Part shown: in pieces, positions 49,075 to 61,699 of the stretch
Layout: the number at the start of each line of letters is the position of its first letter
Numbering within the stretch: the first letter of the stretch is position 1
Assembly (NCBI GenBank): GCA_053919585.1
Contig: CM132786.1
Strand: one strand, 5' to 3'
Source of the DNA: Euprymna scolopes
Lineage: Eukaryota
DNA: 64,000 nucleotides
Notes under the pieces: generated by a model
What the model saw: only the letters and a program-made list of their open reading frames with translations
Databases searched by the model: none
What the model was told of the DNA's origin: nothing
Made by a program: the position numbers and the translations under genes

Positions 49075-52000
49075 TTTTTTTTTACATAGAAATCACCACT
49101 TCTCAAGTCCAAGATGCCACTCGAGGATAAGGGTTAAGGAGTGTACTGTAGAAATTGGACAATATCGTAATCGTATGTAATGGAAATTCAGTAAATTTGA
49201 TGGGACGGCTCATAAAAAACTTGTTTACCTTAAACTTGAAGACAAACATATTGTAGTAAGCTGGAAAACAGGAAAACGGAAGAATTCCATAGGCGTGTAG
49301 TTCTAAACTATAAGCTTTGTTCATGGAATCTACGTTAAGGTTTAGGAACAGATAAATAGTGGGGAAAATTAGTGATAATGTTTCTGCTAGACAGGTGTAT
49401 CTTGTGAAAGTTTGGCGATGGGGACCATAGATGTGAGCTCAGCCAAGCACTTGCCATGAAAATAACGATAAAGCAGAGACAAACTCGCAACATCTCTTCT
49501 GTGAGAAAAAGTTTTCAGGGAAGAGAAAAGGCATCCCCTACGAGGCTAGGAAGTTTATTTTGAAATCTATCAACGCAGGATACGTCCTTTCTAGCAGCTT
49601 CTGCCCAAATGTGGCAACAGTACTCCATCCTTGGACGTACCTGGCTCTTATATAGATAGAGAATTGCATCGACAGTGAGATATCTACTGGATCGATAGAA
49701 GGATTCCACCATGTTTCCAGTGGACTTGGCAACGGATTTAATGTATGTGTTCCATTTAAGATCAGGAGTAAAGGTCAAGCCCAGAAGCTTTTTAAAACAT
49801 GAGGCCTCCCCAAGAAGAGAGCCATTCATTTCAATTAAAGCCAGATAGGGGTCAGAGCGTTAATGATGTAAAGATAAAAGCTTAGTAATAGATGCATTAA
49901 AAGTAACAAGCCACCTCTTTCCCCAGTGTACAACTTGCTCGAGATCAGAGGAGAGAGAATCAGAGAGAACTTGATCGTGTACGGTCTTAGAAAGTAGTCT
50001 CATCAGCATAAATGTCTACAAAGGATGAAAAGATGTGATTTGGAAGATCATTAATGTAGATCAGGAAGAGAGTTGGGCCCAGGAAAGACTCCTGAGGTAC
50101 TCCAGCATTAATACTATGGGCTTCAGATTTCTACCCATCAACCACTACTCTTATGAACCTATCAGAGAGAAATGATTTAATAATTGAGAAAACGTTTCCA
50201 GCTATACCGTAGCTGGAGATCTTGTGAAGTAAACCGTTATGCTATACTCTATCAAAGGCTTTTGATATGTCAAGAGCAATTGCCCTAGAAAGGTAACCTC
50301 CGTCGAGAGATTCGCTAATCCTATAAGATATAACTGTAAGCACATCTGCTATAGATCTAGCAGAACGGAAACCATATTGCGTGTCACTAAGAACATTATT
50401 TTTGCTAAGATGGTTGATTACTTCTCTATTAAACACAGATTCCAGCAACTTACTCATGACGCACAGAAGACTTATTGGCCTTTACTGAGAGGGAGATGAG
50501 CGATCAGCTGAATTCTTAAATACAGGGCATACTGATGAGATTTTCCAGGGTGATGGGAAGCAAATCTCCTTAAGACAACGTTTAAACAGTTTGGTAAGTA
50601 TGGCCGCAAGTTCTGGTTGAAGTCTTTTGAATATTATAATTGGAATACCGTCAGGGTCGGTTGCTTTACTGGAATCAAAGTTTTTGAATAGCTTGGCAAC
50701 ATCACGTACAGATATGTGTATATCACATAGCGTGTTTTCTGATATAGGAGGAAATATTGGAGGTTGGCGACTTTGGTCGCAAAGGGTAGAATTAGCTGTA
50801 AAGTTCTTGGAAAAGAGCTGGCTTTGTCCGATGCTTACCTCAGGTCCATTTATGATAGTTGGGATAGAGCACACGCTTCTGTTCAGGATCCTGTTTGATA
50901 TTTGCCAAAACTGATGGGAACCAAGCCGCTGCTCAGCTACTTTGGACTTGACGGATTGAGCATACAACTCTCTTGCGTTCTTTATTACTTTTTACAGTGA
51001 AAGCAATGGAAAAAGTGATTTCTGTGTGCAATGGCAGCAGCACCTTCTGGAGCGAGCCACGACTGGCTGTTAGGTTTTTGCTGGAATTTTTTCGAGGGTA
51101 TGAAACGGTCTATACCTACAATTAACCATTCTGGAAAGTATGATACTGTAGAGTATACATCCTTTATAAACATGGAACCCAGAACTAGATCTGATATAAA
51201 TGTACGGAAGCTATCCCAGTCAGCCATATAGTATCGATATACTGTACGATTGATAGCTACATCTGAGGACTTATTACATTTCATTTTTATCTTAACTGAT
51301 TCAACAGAGTGGTCGGAAGCTCCAAGTGGAGACAGAACTGAAGCTGAACACAGTTCAGGGCAAGTTGTGAGGAAAAGGTTTAGGAAACTTGCATACTGGC
51401 CGTCAGTATCGGGTACACGGGTGGGTTCGTGAACAACCTGAGTGAGGTCATAAGCAATGGGGAAATCATGACAGAACCTCCCCTCATCACCCGTCTTGTT
51501 TGAGTAGGTTAACCAATCTCACATTGTGAACATTAAAGTCTCCACATATATAAATATTAGCTCAAGGATAAGCAGATAGGACGTGGTCAATTTTCTCAGA
51601 TATGCTTTTAAAGATAGTAACTCAGCTGTTGTGCGGTCGATAGAGAGCAAATATAAATGCAGTAGTTTGAGCAAGTCCCGCAAGCACATATAAGGTAAGT
51701 TAGGATTTTCGCTGGAGATGTCCCTATCACATAGAAAGCCATCTTTTATATAGGCACATATTACATGCCCATGGCGATCTTGGAGGTCAGATTTGGAAGT
51801 AAAATTAAAGTATCCTTTAATTACGAACTCATCAAAGGAAATAGCCTGTCCAATGCCAGTTTCGCTTAGAAATAATATGTCTGGTTTAGTCTCCTGTAAT
51901 TGGATTTCAATCTCTAGAAGGTTAGAACGTAGACCTCTAATGTCCGAGAAGGAGACATTGTAGTGTGGGGTCTACGTTAGAAGTCGGAGATACGGGTTTA

Positions 52001-52545
52001 ATCGTGTATTTTTTATTGAAACTTTTCATGATGGAGGTTTGGGATTTGTGGAATAGGTCGACAGACTTGCTTGAAGCAGGGCAAAGAGGGAAAGTAAAAG
52101 GATAATAGAAATGAAGAAATATTTTTGTAGCACATGTAAAGCCGTAACAATTACACACTAATATGGCATCGAAAGGCTCCACCAGAAGCTACTGTATGGT
52201 CAAGAATCCATCCACCAAATGACAGTACAGCATCCCCAGTACTTTGCACCTGCTGATAAGACAGCCTCCTTAGTGTTTAATCCAAGGTTTGGGTCCTTGA
52301 ATATCAGGCGGATAACGTCAACCCAGAAAAACGTTTACCTCTAGCACCCTTACTAGTGGCATGGCTACAAGGATAGATAGAAACAGAAAATTTACGACAT
52401 CTCTGGCGGCTGTTCACGCAAAATACTGTCAACCTAGAATAGAGCTTTTTTCTTCTTCCTTCGTCAGAAAAATCACCCATTAAAATATGAGGAGTGAGTG
52501 ACAAATAAGAGTAGCGGGAGCTGCTGATAACGCATCCATAATGCA
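49075..52545 (-). mobile_element. CR1/Zenon-like LINE subfamily A, apparently full length (about 3.5 kb; 5' leader plus a single APE-RT ORF, disrupted)
   Basis: APE start DIRGLRSN..PDILFLSETG (about 51950-51860), then ADWDSFR, QYGFRSARS, ALDISKAFDRV and MEYCCHIWAEA; poly(A) at about 49075. Confidence 0.92.
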
Positions 52546-54496
52546 TCGTCTCTTCTCCATTATAAAAACGTATTGTACTTAATAAAAGTCAATTTGGCGT
52601 GTTTAAGCGAAGGTATGGTGAAAGATTCCCATCTCACTAACTGAAAATGAATATAATTGGCTTATCTGTTTAGGCTATCGACTTGGAACATATAGACAAC
52701 ATTTATGGATAAAACAAATATATTATAAAAAAAATAAAACAATATATATCCAAAATGAACTTGCCAGAGAGAATCGGCACATTTTCAACGAGAAAACTAT
52801 TTACAAAATTATTAAAACAATGAAATAAAGATAAAGTTTTAAAAAACTGAAATAAATATAGTATTAGAATTTGCATCTAGAACAGAAATATTATAAATTA
52901 ATAACTTAACTGCTATAAACGTCCTTCGTGACTGCAAATATACATCATGTTAAATGGCTGGTTCACTCAAAAAGAACGGTTGCAGAAGGGAGATTTTGGA
53001 ATTATGTTTTCTAGGTTTCTTCTGACCTTACTTATAATGTTAAGGGACTTACTAGGGTTCGAGATGCTGATTGACAATAGGCAAATCTTTTAGACTTTTT
53101 TCTAATAACATGCCCTGAATTGTGCTCATTCTCAGTTCTGTTCTGCTAGGATCTTCTGATCACTCGATTATTACAATACAAATACAAACAAAGTATTACT
53201 AAACCACAAATACCTTTCTCTTTCGAACAGTATACTGATACTCGATATTATACTGGTTCGGTTTCAGAACGTCCTATCGAAGCTATCCTTTATTACAAAC
53301 GAATGCGTTTTATATCTATCTTAACTGATTGGATGCATATAGGCCTAGACAGCTATATACTCTCCATAAATTCTAACAGAAACCAACCACTTTCCTTTGG
53401 TAGACTCCTGAATGTGCTGCCTCCATTGCACACAGAAGCCACTACTTCAATTGCTTTAAACGTAATAACAGTTTTAAAACTAAGGTCGCCTATAGAACTG
53501 CTAGCAATCACTCCAAAAGTATTATAGAAAACGCGAGATTATCGTATGCTCATTTTTTTTAATTAGAAGAACAGAAGCTGTGTTTCCATAAGTTTTGGCG
53601 AATAACAAATAAGGTCCTAAATAAATTGAAGTACTCGATCCCGACCATTATCACCGGGCGTGAAGTAATTTCCTAAACATCTGACAGAATAAAACTCTTT
53701 GCCAATAACTTTGCAGCAAACACAACTCCATGTGATCAGGGTTTCACTACCACACTAGTTTCCTCCCAAGAATGAAAATAATCTGAGTGGTATACACATA
53801 TTTGTTCGTGATATTGCTACAGTCACCAATAACATGACAATATTTCACTATTCAATCTGCAATTGAAAGAAGTATTCATTCTTGGAAACATGTTTATCGA
53901 TGCCTGAAAAAGAAATGTTTCACAAATCTTTGGAAAACCTCATTCGTTTTCCCAATATTGAAAAATAGTGAGGATCTGTTCTGTATCTCAGTGATCGTCT
54001 GAGTGTCATGAGTAAGCTGCTTGAATCCGTGTTAAATAGAGAAATTGTAACCACCGCAGCCAAAAGAGCCTACTCAGTCACAAACAATATAGTTTCCATT
54101 CGGAAGGATCGTTTGTCGTTTGCGTGACACTGCTGTCCGAACTTTCACTTTCTGGTCACCACTTGACGCGTCTTCTCTCCACTCCAAAACGAACTTCTGC
54201 AACTTTAGCTTTTCTCTCCCCGAATCCGACTTTTCTCTTCTACAAATACAACTTCTCTGCTCGCAATCTAACTTCAGAATGCCTTCCTTCCCCAAATCAC
54301 TCCTCTTTTATCTCCAATCAGGAGCATCTCATTTGCATACTTCATGGTCACCCTGTAGGCATATAAAGAAACAGGGCAGCCATTTTTGTTTCTTTCTTCT
54401 TCATTATGAACACGAGGTAAGCCACACAAAAACGCGGTCGGTCGTTCTTGTTTCTTTTTTCTTCATTTACACAACACGCCCCCCTGATGTTCGAGA

Positions 54497-57404
54497 TCAA
54501 TAGGATACTTCGTAATCCTCCATCCAAGCAGGCCGCCTCCTCTCACGTCGAGGCCTCTGGGGGACAACTTCTCGGGGGTTTACGTTTTCAGGATCACTAC
54601 AACGCGGGCCTAAGTCAGGTCGAGCAGCATCATTTGCTTCTCGGTGGCCCTCGATTTCCTCTTCTTCACTGCCCTCACTGCATACCGGCAATGTCACGCG
54701 ACGCAGGTCTAAGATATGCCGGGGAACGCCATTCACCATCACATTGTTCTTCGACTGCAATCCTGTTACGACCCCTCTTTTCCAACGAGTGGTACACTGT
54801 GCATTGGGGGGTTTCACCCACACCTCTTCACCTACTTTGATAGTGGCTTCTTCACTCTCAATTCCTGCTGTTTTGTTGCACGGATGCCGCCACTTATATG
54901 TGAAAACGGCCCTATGAGGCACAGTTGTCTCATCTTGTTTGGTCTTCAGCGAGATGTTATACCAAAACACCGCCTCTATGGGTGATACGTTGCTTTTTTC
55001 CGCAGCGGCTTTAATGGTGCGATGATTCCTCTCCACTATTCCGTTGCCACTCGGCCGATACGCTGCTCTGAAAAATTGCCTTACTCCCCACTTATCACAC
55101 ACCCCTTTAAAGGCTTCTGATCGGAAAGCGGGGCCATTGTCCATTAAGAGTTCCTCAACCGGCCCTCTCTCCAAAAATATCTCCTCGATGACCCCTCCGA
55201 TCGCCCATGCAGCTTCTGCCCTGATCTCTCTCCAGATGGCAAACCTTCCCGGTCCACAGTCGACCATCGACAGATACAATTTGTGGCGATAGTGTGTCAC
55301 ATCAATGGCCAATCGCTTCCAGTCCTACGCAACGTGTAGCTCTCCTGCTTCGTGTCTGGACGGTCCAGGGTCAATTGATTGGCACTCTCGACAGTTCTCC
55401 ACCACCTCTCTAACCTCCTCCTCGGTGGTCTCCGGGTAAACCTCTCTGGCTAGGAATAACGTTCGTTCTCGACCAAAGTGGTGCATTTCGTGTGACTCTT
55501 TGACTTCTTCCCCTGCACAGCATACCGAGGAGACCTCCTTTCCCTCCTGCAGCCAGGCCTTCTTCACGCGTGTCATCGAATCCGCCTTGTTTTTTTTCTG
55601 ACGGGACCAACACAACAGATACTCTCAACTGGAATTCCGCTATCAGGTCGGTGAGCGCTCCGAGTCTGCGCTTGATCAGCATTTCCGCAGCACCCCTGGT
55701 CTTAACTCTCTTATCGCCAGTTACTGCCGACCGAATCCACGACGCTACCGTTGCCGAATCGGTTTTGACTTCAATTATTTTCAATCCCCATTTCAGGGCC
55801 AGATTGATTCCTTTTATAGCGGCATCTAGTTCTGCTACGTTGATATGGGAGAAGTCGTTGTTTTTTCTTAGCCACGCCGCATCCTCCACAGTTACACCTC
55901 CTATCTCTAGTACGACGCCCAACGCCAGGTTACTGGCATCGCACCAAACCACACCCGCGTCTTCGCCGCTGACATACCATTTCCCTTTCACTGGGTCCTC
56001 ATTCCTCACTCTCGCAATGACTTCTTGCAGCATGTTCATGACGTCCTTCGTCACACGGCCCTTCCAGCCATCAGTGCCTGTTTGTCGTTTAATGAAGCTG
56101 CATGCTATCCTGAGCCAGCCAGCGATAGGATAGTGCCCGACCAGCCTCCCTCAGACTGAGAAGAGTTCTCGCCTCTTCACCTCAGATCCGACTTCGGGTA
56201 TTGCATTCCCTCGTTCGAAGACAAGGCTTTCTTTTCCATCTCGCCTTAGTTTCAACCCCAGCACCGCTCCTCCATCTAGGGCCTCCGCCGGTTTTGCAGT
56301 TAACCCATACTTCTCGACATGGCTTCTTACTTTCTCTCCTGTCACCTCCGCCTCCTCCACCAGGATGTCGTCAATGTATGAACTAGTGGCCTCCTCCACT
56401 GTACAGTCTTTGCTCAGCACTGTTTTCAGCACGGCAGTCATAATTTTGGGGGCTGAACTTAGCCCAAAGCCTAACCTCGTCAGACAATACACGCGCCCCT
56501 TGTACCGGACCAGTTTGTACTGCCAGAGTTTTTCATCTACATGGATCTGCAGATATGCCGATTTCAGATCGACAATCTTAGTGGCCCGCCCCATTCTTCT
56601 CCATTTCCTCATGACCTCCTCACATACGTCGATCCCCGTTCCAGTGTGGCAGGCTACGTGTCTGTTCAATTCCCTAAAATCCAGCACGGGCCTAATCTTG
56701 TTTTTGGTAGGCTGAACAACCGCCAGTAGTGCCAGCACTCCTTTTTCTTCCCCTGTCTACGGTTTCAGAATTCCTTCTTTTATCCACCTCTCCACTTCTT
56801 CCTCGAATCCTTTTCTTATTTCTCCTCGCATGGTGTTTTCGTAGCAGCCCACCTTATTCTGTAGTTCTGGGGGCCCGGAGATCCATTTCCATTCCACCGT
56901 CCACCTCACGCCATCAAACTTCGCCAGGAAATCGTTGTCCTCAATGCAGCAAACCTCCGGTTTTGGGGTTCTGACGGTTCTATCACCTTCCACTCCTGCC
57001 ATCCCCACTGCGCCGAGACGTCCAAACGTCACTTGGCCCCCTCTTAACGTAGCGCCCCCCAGTCGGTTAATTGCACTCATACCTATAATCACGTCGACAC
57101 CACCGACCAGATGATTCAACACTAGGGCTTGCAGTCCAATGGGCACCCCTTGCACCATTACTTCCGCTGTCGTCTCTCCTAAGCATTTCACATCCCTGCC
57201 ATCCACGGTCCTAATAATCCTGGTTCCGCTCCATGACCTCGCGACATTCCTCGCTAACAACGTTGTAGTGCAGCCTGTGTCGACAAGGGCTATGGCTCTC
57301 TTCCAATTGACTACTACCGGTAACCGAGGCAATGTTCCATCATGCGCCATTTCCACACAAAAGGGGTAACCACTGGCGTAATAGCTCCCCTTCACTCGTT
57401 TCCC
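54497..57404 (-). pseudogene. pol: Gypsy Pol (protease, RT, RNase H, integrase) with three in-frame stops and one frameshift
   Basis: ALVDTGC (PR); RPVLDFRELN, DLKSAYLQI, LGFGLSSAP, YIDD (RT); WCDAS, NVAELDA, KTDS (RH); HEMHH..CREC, AIDVTH, LMDNG, GIVER (IN). Stops at 56757, 56151 and 55325; frameshift in the A-run near 55590. Confidence 0.93.
57345..57404 (-). promoter_or_regulatory. -1 programmed ribosomal frameshift signal (G GGA AAC plus putative pseudoknot)
   Basis: Slippery heptamer at 57404-57398 in the gag frame just before the gag stop, with pol in the -1 frame. Downstream stem AAGGGG/CCCCUU has loop CGCCA complementary to a later UGGCG. Confidence 0.75.
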
Positions 57405-58123
57405 TGGTCCCGTGCAGCAACACAATAGCGGCTAATATGCCCCACTTGTCCACATCGGTAGCACGTGATCCCTGGTCTCGGCTCTTTGCAGTCCTTGATC
57501 AGATGAGGACCCTGGCACCGGAAACACTTGATAGCAGGTCTCCCCTCCTGTCGCCTCGCCGGCTGCCTCTCATTCAAGTGAGGCCTCATGCACATATTTC
57601 CACTCATAGCTGCAGCCACGATTGGGCTTTTAACATTTTTCACTAGGACTCTGGCGTGGACCAAGAGATCGTCCACTTCCATAGAATGGATCCCCGTGAT
57701 TCTCTGCATGTTCGCAGAGACGTCCTCTGGGAAGCCATTCACTAGGTACAGCTTTACCGTCATCTCCAGGCTCCTCCCCACGTAACCAGCCAACCCTGCC
57801 AGTCTCCTGATCTCTGCCGCAAAGACGTCAACGGACTCGCCGGTCCACCTCAAACTTGACAGCTTTCCAAGTGCTTGAAATGGGCCCTCAGCGAAGGCCA
57901 ATTTCAGCCTTTGCTCCACTAAGGCAAGGTCTTCCTTGTCTTCATCTCGCATATGCTGGTAAATCGTGAGGGCTTCCCCCTCTAAGTATAGCGGCAGCAG
58001 GGTGACCACATCTTCTATCTTTTGCAGCTTCGCCACCATTTTTAATTTCTCCAGCCACTTAATCAGGTCACCCTCCCCAGTAAAGGGTCTCAACATCTGA
58101 GTGCTCAGTCTCCACTCAGCCAT
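57392..58123 (-). CDS. gag: Gypsy Gag, 243 aa, with two zinc knuckles
   Basis: Intact ORF 29 nt after the 5' LTR; CFRCQGPHLIKDC and CYRCGQVGHISRYC. Confidence 0.92.
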   Translation of the reverse strand: MAEWRLSTQMLRPFTGEGDLIKWLEKLKMVAKLQKIEDVVTLLPLYLEGEALTIYQHMRDEDKEDLALVEQRLKLAFAEGPFQALGKLSSLRWTGESVDVFAAEIRRLAGLAGYVGRSLEMTVKLYLVNGFPEDVSANMQRITGIHSMEVDDLLVHARVLVKNVKSPIVAAAMSGNMCMRPHLNERQPARRQEGRPAIKCFRCQGPHLIKDCKEPRPGITCYRCGQVGHISRYCVAARDQGNE

Positions 58124-58140
58124 GTTAATTTGCTTGATGT

Positions 58141-58152
58141 GCCGAAATAGCT
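58141..58152 (-). promoter_or_regulatory. Non-canonical primer-binding site complementary to tRNA-Phe nt 1-12
   Basis: AGCTATTTCGGC immediately follows the 5' LTR, with no TGG-type PBS. Its reverse complement GCCGAAATAGCT is the 5' end of metazoan tRNA-Phe(GAA). Confidence 0.85.
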
Positions 58153-58684
58153 TGTCGTTTGCGTGATACTGCTGTCCGAACTTTCACTTTCTGGTCACCA
58201 CTTGACGCGTCTTCTCTCCACTCCAAAACGAACTTCTGCAACTTTAGCTTTTCTCTCCCCGAATCCGACTTTTCTCTTCTACAAATACAACTTCTCTGCT
58301 CGCAATCTAACTTCAGAATGCCTTCCTTCCCCAAATCACTCCTCTTTTATCTCCAATCAGGAGAATCTCATTTGCATACCTCATGGTCACCCTGTAGGCA
58401 TATAAAGAAACAGGGCAGCCATTTTTGTTTCTTTCTTCTTCATTATGAACACGAGGTAAGCCACACAAAAACGCGGTCGGTCGTTCTTGTTTATTTTTTC
58501 TTCATTTACACCACATCGTTCACAGATGAACTGATGTTAATTACACATAAGATCGGTTAATCTATTAACGCAATACCTCTCTTAAGAGCAATAGCTCTTG
58601 ACATATTGAAGGCATTTGGTATAAAGCTTTGAAATAGAAGTCTGCTTCATAAAATTTTCAGCTATGGTATTTCCAGAATATTTT

Positions 58685-59870
58685 TATTATTACATTTTCA
58701 CCCCAAAGTAGGCACGTTGCCACTTTGATGTAGAGAGTTACTATCAGGGACCTAAGTTGGAGTGGTACTATGTAGGGAGTTTAGCAGCAAGATGTCTGTT
58801 CACATTACACTTGAACTTCTGCATGTAAGTACAATTGTGGAAGCAGGAAACAAGAAGAGAATTCCAAAGTCCTGCAGTTCTGTGGAAGAAGCTATTAGAG
58901 TAAAAGGCTTTCGTACATCTAGGGAGCTCAACAGTATATGGGTGGAACTTCGCTGCTTGTCGGTTTTGGCTGGGGTATTTTCGTTGAGGGGATACAAGGG
59001 CTTGTCATTCGTCAGGGACTCCACCATTAAAATACTTGTAAAACAGGCAGAGGGATGCAATATTTCATCGGTTGGACAGGGGGTGAAATTTAGATGATAG
59101 TTTGGGACCTATTACGTTAGCGACTCTCTTTTGGACCCTGTCCAGGAACGGAAGACTAGTAGCAGATGCACCAGCCCAAATGTGACAGCAGTACTCCATA
59201 TATGGGAGAATGGTAGCGTTGTAGAGGTACAGGATACGTTCAAGCATAAGTAACTTTCTAGCACAATAGAGAGCAACCACCCTCTTTGTAGCAGGCTTAG
59301 CAATAATCTCGATGTATCTATTCCAACTCATGTTTACTGTGAACGTTAAGCCAAGGAGCTTGAACGGAGATCTCTCAAGTAAAGTTTCTCTACCCATAGC
59401 TATTTGTGGTGGGTAAGGTTTTATGTAATTATTAAAAGAAACGAGTTTTGTTTTGGCAGCGTTGAACATTACCATCCATATTTTACCCCATTCCACTACA
59501 GACTGATGGTTTTCCTCTAGAGTTTCGGCTATTAACTTAGATATGTGCTCATTAGTTTTCTCCATGTGCCTGCTACAGAGCGTTGTGTCGTCGATACCCA
59601 TCTCAGAGACAATTTTATCTGGTAAGTCATTTATGAATACCAGAAATAACAAAGATCCAAGAATCTATCTCTGAGGCACACCCGCATTTGTATCAAATTT
59701 TTGGACGTACGCCCATCGAGGACATTCTGGATTCTTCTAATTATATTAAACCTTCGTCCAGTAATACCATAGGGTTTTATTTTCATCAGAAGACCATCGT
59801 GCCATACCCTGTCAAAAGCCTTAGATATATCAAGTGCTACTGCCCTTCCATCCCCTGCCTTATCCCTCTT
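58685..59870 (-). mobile_element. CR1/Zenon-like LINE subfamily B, 5'-truncated
   Basis: ORF 59065-59652 LFLVFINDLPD..DDTT..MEYCCHIWAGASA; subfamily B 3' tail at about 58695-58760. Confidence 0.92.
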
Positions 59871-60674
59871 AATGTACTCTCAATCATCAAATATTTTCTC
59901 TCCGATGAATTTATATATGTAGTCGTCGATAGGCAAAACTCTGAAACGCAATGTATCAATGCTGGTGTGCTTTAGTTATCTATGCTGGTCCCAGAACCCT
60001 CTCTTTATCATTTCTCAAATCACATTTTAAGTTCATTCTTCGACATATACGCAGATGGCTCTGCAGTTTATGGCAACACTTCAAAGGACAACAACGGCTA
60101 AAATTTTACTCTTATTCCTAAGACGTTGACTATGTAGTATAATGAGAAAGAAAGTAACGCATTTAAAACCAATCTTTTATCAGTTTACCATAAACGCTCT
60201 GCACCCCACTAGCCATAATTAATATAAATAGCTTTTATTTAAAACAGGCTCCCTGCTTGGACGAACTTTTGGTTCCGACCTTTACTTCTGACTTGGAATA
60301 GAAAACTTGCATCAAATCTATTCCAAGGTCGCTAAAAATCATAATGTCATTTTACCGCTTCAGAAGGTATCTAACTCCCGATGCAATCCTCCAGCTGTAC
60401 AAGAGCAGGGTACGTCCTAAATCAGGGTAATGATGCAATATCTGATTAGAAGTTACTCAGAACACCTATCCTATCTTGACAAAATTCAAAACTTGCTTCG
60501 AAACATAAAATGTTGATGCCTTTTTCTCCCTTGCAATCTTTTTCCACAAAAGAGACTTTTAGAGCATATCACTCCATTGCAGTTATCTTCATAGCTGCTG
60601 CTCGTCATAGCTTAAATTAATGGAGTTCAGACGAGCTGTTCTCCTGTTGAAATCATTTTCCCTGGCCTGCTCTA

Positions 60675-61699
60675 TATAGTTGCCAATAGTTCTTGTTGTT
60701 TTAACAACCAGGTAGACATATTTCGACTCAATCAAAACGATATTGACGGACAAAAGCACCATCAGAGTAAAGACACTTTTGTCAACGCCAATCAAGTGTA
60801 TTCATGCCAGTAAGGTAAATAAAAAGACATTGCGTTCTGGTTGTGATAAAGTTGCTGAAGGTGTTTTTGATATCGCTTAGGTTTTTTAATCATTTCTCAC
60901 GCACAATGTTTTCGAGATGCTTGAAATATTGGTAGTCGGTAGATGAGATGTTTAGAGAAGGTGGCGGATTAGGCAGAGTTTCATAGCCCAATTACTTTCT
61001 GATGGGTCGGTTTGACAACGTGGAGGAGAATTGGTGCTTTTTTTCTGTTGCCTAATGCTGAGTGTTGTTGTCGAAGTTCTTTATGCATTTGTATAGCGTA
61101 CTTCGCCGTAATGGTTTCGCCTGCATTCAAAAAACTGTTATGGACGAGATCAGTCGCAGACCATCAAACAGTCAGCATGACTTTCTTTTGATGCAACTCT
61201 GGCTTCGGGAAGTATTGTGAAGCTTCGGTGGCGTCTAACCACTGAGTTGTGCATAATCAGTTCTTGTAAATACCCACATTTTATCGCAAGTCAAAACCCA
61301 GTCGAGAAACGTGTCGTTCTAATTGCATAAAAGAAGAGAAGATGACAATATACAGCGACGTTTCTTTCGGTCGTCGTACAATTTGTGAGTTTTTTTGTGT
61401 TTTTTTTTTACAATCCTTCTCATGTATTTGGAAATCGTCTTATATAGTACGTCTAATTCAGAAGCAAGTTTCCGAACAGTTGTGTGTTGATTGGCTTCAA
61501 CTAGGGCTCTTAAGAGTTTGTCTACTTTGTATTGAACATTCCGAAAAGCATACATAATAGTGTTTAAACGATTAGGTAGAGTGCGATACGCTCTTTAAAA
61601 TTATATGTAGTATAAAGGTTTTATATCAAAAAAACATTTGATAATACATCATTTGAAATCAAAATTAAAAATCCGGCAATAACTTTCTTCTCAATTTAA
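60675..61699 (-). mobile_element. Degenerate mariner-family DNA transposon
   Basis: LRALVEANQHTTVRKLASEL (HTH), LTCDKMWV (TCDEKW-like), PPPSLNISSTDYQYF (PPYSPDLAPSDY-like), and decayed TIR-like ends next to TA. Confidence 0.8.

Larger units (their letters stand above)
54114..58515 (-). mobile_element. Ty3/Gypsy LTR retrotransposon, full length (4402 bp)
   Basis: 363-bp LTRs (54114-54476 and 58153-58515) with TG..CA ends and 5 differences. 5-bp TSD TCGTT, PPT AGGGGGGCG (54477-54485), domain order gag-PR-RT-RH-IN. Confidence 0.97.

Noticed and set aside
54120-54840. Plus-strand ORFs over the LTR and integrase (also 55570-56133 and 58159-58560)
   Set aside because: Antisense shadows of GC-richer retroelement sequence with no recognisable motifs.
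58417-58425. Tf1-like self-priming partner for the Gypsy PBS inside the LTR
   Set aside because: Only about 8 bp with a G-U pair, and upstream of the likely sense start site. It is much weaker than the 12/12 tRNA-Phe match shared by two elements.
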